Assembly: GCA_964395975.1 (NCBI GenBank)
Contig: CAYNBZ010000001.1
Span: forward strand, 28,267 to 92,266
Direction: 5' to 3'
Length of the DNA stretch: 64,000 nt
Source: an uncultured Muribaculaceae bacterium
Lineage (GTDB): Bacteria; Bacteroidota; Bacteroidia; Bacteroidales; Muribaculaceae
Below are positions 59,401-64,000 of the stretch, one piece after another. Numbering within the stretch: the first letter of the stretch is position 1; each line of letters starts with the position of its first letter. The position numbers were made by a program, and so were the translations under genes. Under the pieces are notes generated by a model. It searched no databases. It saw only the letters and a program-made list of their open reading frames with translations, and was not told where the DNA came from.

Positions 59401-60642
59401 TCATTTAAGCAAGAGTGTGGCATCACCGTAACTGAGGAAACGGAAATCATGCCTGAGCGCGTAATCATAAATCGTGCGCCAATCGCCATCGACGAACGCA
59501 GATACAAGAAGTAGCAGCGTTGATTGCGGTTGGTGGAAATTGGTAATCATTCCATCGATAATGTGGAAACGGAATCCAGGGGCTATCATGATTTGTGTGC
59601 TGCCGATGTAATTGTCGGCATGATGTCGGTCAAGATAATCGATGATGGCTTGTAAGGCAACACGCATATCAGGTTCGTTGACTGAGTCGATAGTGTATGG
59701 CAGCCATTGGCTTATGCATAGTTCTCCCTCTTCGGCATTGGGATTGTTCAATAGCGTAAGTCCTATGTAGTATAAGCTTTCGAGGGTACGTACAGATGTT
59801 GTGCCTACGGCAATTACCGGATTCTTACCTGCGTTTCTGATAAGGTCGGTAAGCAATGACCGTGGAACTGAAATAAACTCGGTGTGCATTTGATGGCCGC
59901 CAATTGTTTCGGATTTTACAGGTTGAAATGTCCCTGCACCTACATGCAGTGTGAGTTCACGCCGTTGTATCCCTCTGCGGTCGCACTCGCCAAGTATACT
60001 ATCGGTGAAGTGCAGACCCGCCGTAGGGGCAGCTACGCTTCCGTCGATGTGTGAGTAAACTGTTTGGTAATTCTCATTGTCGCTTGGTTCGGTAGCACGG
60101 TTTAGATAGGGAGGTATTGGAATCTCCCCAACGGCACATAGTATTGATGCAAATGTTATATTATCGTTATCCCATGAAAACTCTACAATGAATGCATTGC
60201 CTTGCCTTTCTTTGCGCATTGCGGTGAGTGTTACTTGTTGGGCATCAATATGCAAATCCATGTGCAGGTGGTCGTTTTTCCATCGTCGAGCATTTCCAAT
60301 GAAGCAAATCCATGAGCATCCGCTTGTGGATGCAAAGACTTGTGCATAGTCACGTGGGTTATACGGTTCAAGGCAAAACACTTCGATCCATGCACCGCCA
60401 TTCGGCTTGCGAAAGCGAAGTCGAGCATTAATCACACGAGTGTTGTTATATATGAGTATTGCACCTTGTGGCAGCAGTTGAGGAATCTCATAGAAACGGT
60501 ATTCTCCTTTGATTGCATGTTTGCTGTAACATAGTAGTTTACATTGTTCACGGTCGTCCAATGGGTATTTGGCAATACGTTCATCTGGAAGCGGATAATT
60601 GAAATCCTCTATGCGCAGGTTGCGAATTTCATCGATTGTCAT
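59401..60642 (-). CDS. queA: S-adenosylmethionine:tRNA ribosyltransferase-isomerase (long form)
   Basis: Motifs: FNYPLPDERIAKYP, PIPPYL, APTAGLHFT, VGAGTF, AVGTTSVRTLES, ITNFHQPQSTLLLL, FLSYGDATLL. I prefer the start at MTIDEI (60642). Confidence 0.85.
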   Translation of the reverse strand: MTIDEIRNLRIEDFNYPLPDERIAKYPLDDREQCKLLCYSKHAIKGEYRFYEIPQLLPQGAILIYNNTRVINARLRFRKPNGGAWIEVFCLEPYNPRDYAQVFASTSGCSWICFIGNARRWKNDHLHMDLHIDAQQVTLTAMRKERQGNAFIVEFSWDNDNITFASILCAVGEIPIPPYLNRATEPSDNENYQTVYSHIDGSVAAPTAGLHFTDSILGECDRRGIQRRELTLHVGAGTFQPVKSETIGGHQMHTEFISVPRSLLTDLIRNAGKNPVIAVGTTSVRTLESLYYIGLTLLNNPNAEEGELCISQWLPYTIDSVNEPDMRVALQAIIDYLDRHHADNYIGSTQIMIAPGFRFHIIDGMITNFHQPQSTLLLLVSAFVDGDWRTIYDYALRHDFRFLSYGDATLLLK

Positions 60643-60725
60643 GTTATTCCTTGCCATGGGTTGATACAAAAACTCTTGCATTGCACCCACCGTTATGAGA
60701 AGGGGAGCGATGCAAGAGCTTGGAG

Positions 60726-60797
60726 AGGTCCCTAGCGGATTCGAACCGCTGTAGACGGTTTTGCAGACCGTTGACTAAACCACTCATCCAAGGAACC
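60726..60797 (-). tRNA. tRNA-Cys (anticodon GCA)
   Basis: The minus-strand sequence GGTTCCTTGGATGAGTGGTTTAGTCAACGGTCTGCAAAACCGTCTACAGCGGTTCGAATCCGCTAGGGACCT folds by hand into a cloverleaf. It has acceptor GGTTCCT/AGGGACC, anticodon arm ACGGT-CTGCAAA-ACCGT and T-arm AGCGG-TTCGAAT-CCGCT. Confidence 0.85.
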
Positions 60798-60816
60798 GAT
60801 TGATTTTTTAGTGTTG

Positions 60817-60824
60817 CAAAGATA
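60817..60824 (-). promoter_or_regulatory. -7 promoter box (TATCTTTG on minus strand) for tRNA-Cys
   Basis: Matches TAnnTTTG, about 20 nt upstream of the tRNA 5' end. Confidence 0.45.
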
Positions 60825-61085
60825 GGACAAATTCTGCACATACGCAATATCTGCTTCAATTTTGTGAATTTTTGAGATTTAAATCATCAAAATAGGTTGA
60901 GGGTATTGGCGGCAGAATAGATAAAAATACAACTCAAATAAAAATCAAATGCTTTTTTAACTCATGCTTGCACAATGCCTTAAAGTTCAATTGCGAAGAT
61001 AACGCAACAAATTATGGTGGGAAGTTTGTCAGCTTTGGCTATTATAACCTCCATGTCGTTCTTTTTGTCGGCCTTGTATGGCAGG

Positions 61086-61901
61086 TTACCATGAGCCGCC
61101 AGCACCACCTCCGCCAAAACTGCCGCCTCCGAAACCACCAAAGCCTCCGTTTCCAAATCTGCCACCCGAGGAACCTCTTCTACCGATACCACCAATTGGG
61201 AAACCGAAGAAAATACCACCTGGTCCGAATGTGCCGCTGCCACCAGAGTGGCCGTGGCTATTGTCATTACCACCGGATTTACGTGTCAACAATACGACAA
61301 TAAAGAACAGTAGCATTCCAAATAATATGACTATGAGTCCGGTGGTAAGGCCTCCGTCGTTGTCTTTATATCGTTCTTTGCTATATTCCCCGGCTACGAT
61401 GGGACATACAATTTTCACTGCTGCTGCAATGCCACTGAAATAGTCATTTTGCTTGAAGTGTGGTATCATTTCGCGTTCCACTATCATCTTGCACATGGCA
61501 TCGGGCAATGCTCCCTCAAGGCCGTAACCTGTTGCAATGAACGCTTGTCCGCGTGATATAGTGGTTTTGGGTTTGACAAGGATGACTACGCCATTGTTGT
61601 CATTGGCGTTACCCACTCCCCACTGCTCGCCTATCTCATAGGCCATTTCGGCTGGCTCAAGACCTCCAAGGTCTGCTATTGTTACGATGACCACTTGGTT
61701 GCTTGTCCTGCGGTCAAATCGGGTGAGTGAGTCTTCAAGAAATTTTATCTGTTGGGTCGACAGTACTCCTGCAAGGTCGTTGACAAGGCGTGGCGGGTTG
61801 GGGCGCTGCGGTACTTGTGCCATTGCTGTCACAGTCACACATAGCATTATGCTTAATATGATGAAAGCAGCTTTAATTTTCGTTATAAGAAATTTCATCA
61901 C
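61086..61901 (-). CDS. TPM-domain (YgcG-like) membrane protein with a Gly-rich C-terminal tail
   Basis: 271 aa. Signal peptide, TPM domain (VNDLAGVLS...), a TM helix, and a G-rich tail (GGFGGFGGGSFGGGGAGGSW). Confidence 0.75.
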   Translation of the reverse strand: MMKFLITKIKAAFIILSIMLCVTVTAMAQVPQRPNPPRLVNDLAGVLSTQQIKFLEDSLTRFDRRTSNQVVIVTIADLGGLEPAEMAYEIGEQWGVGNANDNNGVVILVKPKTTISRGQAFIATGYGLEGALPDAMCKMIVEREMIPHFKQNDYFSGIAAAVKIVCPIVAGEYSKERYKDNDGGLTTGLIVILFGMLLFFIVVLLTRKSGGNDNSHGHSGGSGTFGPGGIFFGFPIGGIGRRGSSGGRFGNGGFGGFGGGSFGGGGAGGSW

Positions 61902-62316
61902 TTTGCTCGTTTATGTCATCTTCGGTCCAAGGGAAAAATGCAGATAGGTTGTTGCCAATCTGTTCTATCACTTTGCATAGTCCACCAACGGGATCGTTAT
62001 GTCGTAGGTGGTTTCTGAGAATTTCTTTCTCTTCGTTCCAAAAATCGTTGCCCACTCGTTCGGTTATACCTTTATCGCCAATAATGGCAAACATATGAGA
62101 ATTGTAAGCCACATACACCAACACCGCATTTCGCTGCCGTGTTTCGTACATCTTCAGTTCATTGAATACTTCCACGGCTCGCCTATAAGGGGCGCCAGAC
62201 TTACAGTGAGGCTCGATGTGGACGCGAATCTCTCCCGAAGTACATTTCTCAGCTGCACTTATAGCTTTCACCACTTTTGTTTGCCCGTCTTTTGGGATAA
62301 AGTCCTTAAGAGACAT
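61873..62316 (-). CDS. TPM-domain protein (TLP18.3/Psb32/MOLO-1 phosphatase-like)
   Basis: 147 aa. AISAAEKCTSGEIRVHIE is typical of short cytoplasmic TPM proteins. It overlaps the downstream TPM gene by 29 nt. Confidence 0.7.
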   Translation of the reverse strand: MSLKDFIPKDGQTKVVKAISAAEKCTSGEIRVHIEPHCKSGAPYRRAVEVFNELKMYETRQRNAVLVYVAYNSHMFAIIGDKGITERVGNDFWNEEKEILRNHLRHNDPVGGLCKVIEQIGNNLSAFFPWTEDDINEQSDEISYNEN

Positions 62317-62345
62317 AATTTTAAAATTGTGCTTTTGGTCGTTTG

Positions 62346-62939
62346 TCAGAATTCCACTACAGGAACCTTTTCGGCACTATCGGTTGCTTCGAAGTAAGGT
62401 TTCGAGTCAAATCCAAAAATCATAGCCGCAATGTTGCCTGGAAACTTGCGTACCGACACGTTGTATTCTCTCACTGTGTCGTTGAATTTTTTGCGCTCAA
62501 CAGCGATGCGATTTTCTGTCCCCTCAAGCTGGGCTTGCAATTGCAGAAAGTTTTCGTTGGCTTTAAGGTCCGGGTAGTTTTCCGACACAGCAAGTAATCG
62601 TCCTATTGCGGCACCGAGTTCTCCTTGAGCATCTTGAAACTTGTGCAGCGAAGCCGCATCGAGGTTGTCTGGGGCCACAGTGATTTGTGTAGCCTTTGCT
62701 CGTGCATTTATTACATTCTCAAGCGTTTCCTGTTCGTGTGTGGCATATCCTTTCACAGTGGCCACAAGATTGGGTATTAGGTCGGCCCTGCGTTGATACA
62801 CATTTTCTACTTGCGACCAAGCATTGGTTACACCTTCTTCTTTCTCAATGAACGAATTGCGAGTTCCCACAGCCCATAAGCCGATGACGACCACGATGAC
62901 TACCAATACGATAGCAGTAATTAAGCATCCTTTCTTCAT
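62346..62939 (-). CDS. lemA: LemA family protein
   Basis: 197 aa with an N-terminal TM helix. WSQVENVYQRRADLIPNLV and YPDLKANENFLQLQ are LemA signatures. Confidence 0.85.
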   Translation of the reverse strand: MKKGCLITAIVLVVIVVVIGLWAVGTRNSFIEKEEGVTNAWSQVENVYQRRADLIPNLVATVKGYATHEQETLENVINARAKATQITVAPDNLDAASLHKFQDAQGELGAAIGRLLAVSENYPDLKANENFLQLQAQLEGTENRIAVERKKFNDTVREYNVSVRKFPGNIAAMIFGFDSKPYFEATDSAEKVPVVEF

Positions 62940-63152
62940 ATTTTCGAGATATTCTATAAATGTTTAGCAATTGATTCCAGCAAATATCATGCCTTAATCA
63001 GATGGCAGCTTTGCTTAATATTTTTCAAAAATAGCCCTGTACACCGAATTTTGCAAATGCCGATGAATGGTTTTTCACGATAGCCTGAAATATGCGTTTG
63101 GGGAACCTCGTGTCCGGATGGAGGGTGAATGTGAAATCTCGGAACAGTTTCT

Positions 63153-63160
63153 TATTTTTG
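63153..63160 (+). promoter_or_regulatory. -7 promoter box (TATTTTTG)
   Basis: Matches TAnnTTTG, 21 nt upstream of the ATG at 63181. Confidence 0.45.
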
Positions 63161-63180
63161 TAGATGAAACCAAGAATTGT

Positions 63181-63885
63181 ATGACGAAAAAGATAAACAT
63201 ATTGCTTTGTGACAAATTTACTGGTTTGTTGCCCGATTACATACCATCGTATGTGTGGATGTTCACAAGGCTTTTCGATGCCATGGGGTGCGGTGTGACC
63301 TATGCCGTTTATCCAGTTATGGAAGATTGTTTGCCGAGGAGTATCAATCAAGGTGAGATATATCTGATAACGGGGTGTAATCTCAGCGCATACGATGATG
63401 TGACATGGATAAAGAATTTACTCGACTGGATAATGAATGCCTGTTCGGCAAATGCCTTGATTGTGGGAATATGCTTTGGTCATCAAGCCATAGCTCAGGC
63501 ATTGGGAGGCAAGGTGGAACAGGCAACTGTGGGATGGGGCATTGGTATCAGGGAGTCGAATGTCGTGGATGAGGCGGCATTGGCATATTTTCCCGATGGT
63601 CGTATGCGGCTGCTCTATAATCATCACGACCAAGTTACACGGCTGCCAAATGGTGCGGTATTGACTGCCACGAGCAACTTCTGCCCGATAGAAAGTTTTC
63701 GTATGGGCAAAAATGTCCTTGCCTTTCAGGGTCATCCCGAGTATATACCGAAATATGAAGAACATTTATTAAATAATTTTGCGGATGAAGAACCGATTGC
63801 TGTAAAAGAAACTGCGTTGCAATCACTATCGTCAATGCAGCATCAAGGTTCGGTTGTAGCACGTTGGATTCTCGACATGGCATGA
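63181..63885 (+). CDS. Class I glutamine amidotransferase-like protein (GATase1)
   Basis: Catalytic-triad motifs GICFGHQ (Cys) and QGHPEY (His). I prefer the start at MTKKINILL (63181), which fits the promoter box. Confidence 0.75.
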   Translation: MTKKINILLCDKFTGLLPDYIPSYVWMFTRLFDAMGCGVTYAVYPVMEDCLPRSINQGEIYLITGCNLSAYDDVTWIKNLLDWIMNACSANALIVGICFGHQAIAQALGGKVEQATVGWGIGIRESNVVDEAALAYFPDGRMRLLYNHHDQVTRLPNGAVLTATSNFCPIESFRMGKNVLAFQGHPEYIPKYEEHLLNNFADEEPIAVKETALQSLSSMQHQGSVVARWILDMA

Positions 63886-64000
63886 ATATCCCCATATGGA
63901 CTATTTATGCGTAATAAAAGACTACTTTTTATCCATTAAAAGTATGTCTGAATGCGTAATTTTGCATTCCACTACTATCTACTCTGCTTTTTATGAGCGG

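Noticed and set aside
59308-59514. 68-aa plus-strand ORF in the AT-rich GH2-queA intergenic region
   Set aside because: Half of it overlaps the 3' end of queA in antisense, and it has no motif. The 357-bp AT-rich spacer (59044-59400) remains unexplained, but I could not identify an RNA gene or repeats in it by eye.
61078-61443. 121-aa Pro-rich ORF on the plus strand (PPAPPPPKLPPPKPPKPP...)
   Set aside because: It is the exact antisense reading of the Gly-rich (GGN codon) tail of the TPM protein gene. It has no promoter box or independent support, so I treat it as a low-complexity mirror artefact.

Overview
This 64-kb window reads like a core-chromosome segment of a Bacteroidales (Bacteroidota) genome. 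The gene content fits that order, and many genes are preceded by the Bacteroides-type -7 promoter box TAnnTTTG. I call about 52 protein-coding genes and 2 tRNAs (Gln-UUG, Cys-GCA). I see no rRNA, CRISPR array, transposase or integrase, prophage, or recognisable defence or toxin-antitoxin genes.

Main blocks, in order:
- 1-6.3 kb: a mannan/mannobiose operon (GH3 tail, GH26 mannanase, GH130 mannosylglucose phosphorylase, GPH symporter, 2-epimerase, mannose-6-P isomerase), interrupted by a roughly 160-bp inverted-repeat element.
- 6.5-11.2 kb: plant-GH3-like adenylating enzyme, alkaline phosphatase, rbfA, lolE-like permease.
- 11.3-21.7 kb: rsgA, queG, deacetylase, then an envelope-looking group of poorly characterised genes (DUF2723 giant membrane protein, unknown protein, DUF4105 protein, atypical AlkP-fold protein).
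- 21.8-34 kb: secA, a hybrid sensor kinase that appears to lack both phospho-acceptor residues, ansA, an FMN-dependent hydroxy-acid enzyme, tyrS, pepT, ruvB.
- 34-42.4 kb: tRNA-Gln, a MATE pump with an in-frame 42-bp tandem duplication, the pdxJ-exbB-exbD-tonB operon, nadK, a DUF45 peptidase, an orphan Y-family polymerase.
- 42.6-49.5 kb: porin, imelysin, di-haem DUF1111 protein and CcsBA, downstream of four phased direct repeats.
- 49.8-56.4 kb: an anion transporter, cysC, cysD, cysN, a sulfotransferase and a secreted PCMD-like protein.
- 56.5-64 kb: GH2, queA, tRNA-Cys, LemA and two TPM genes, a GATase1 protein.

The best candidate for a 'system' is the sulfonation locus and its repeat-rich control region. 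I also flag the doubly degenerate kinase, the DUF2723/DUF4105 envelope group and the haem/iron cluster.

All family assignments come from motifs recognised by eye. No database search or RNA folding was run.
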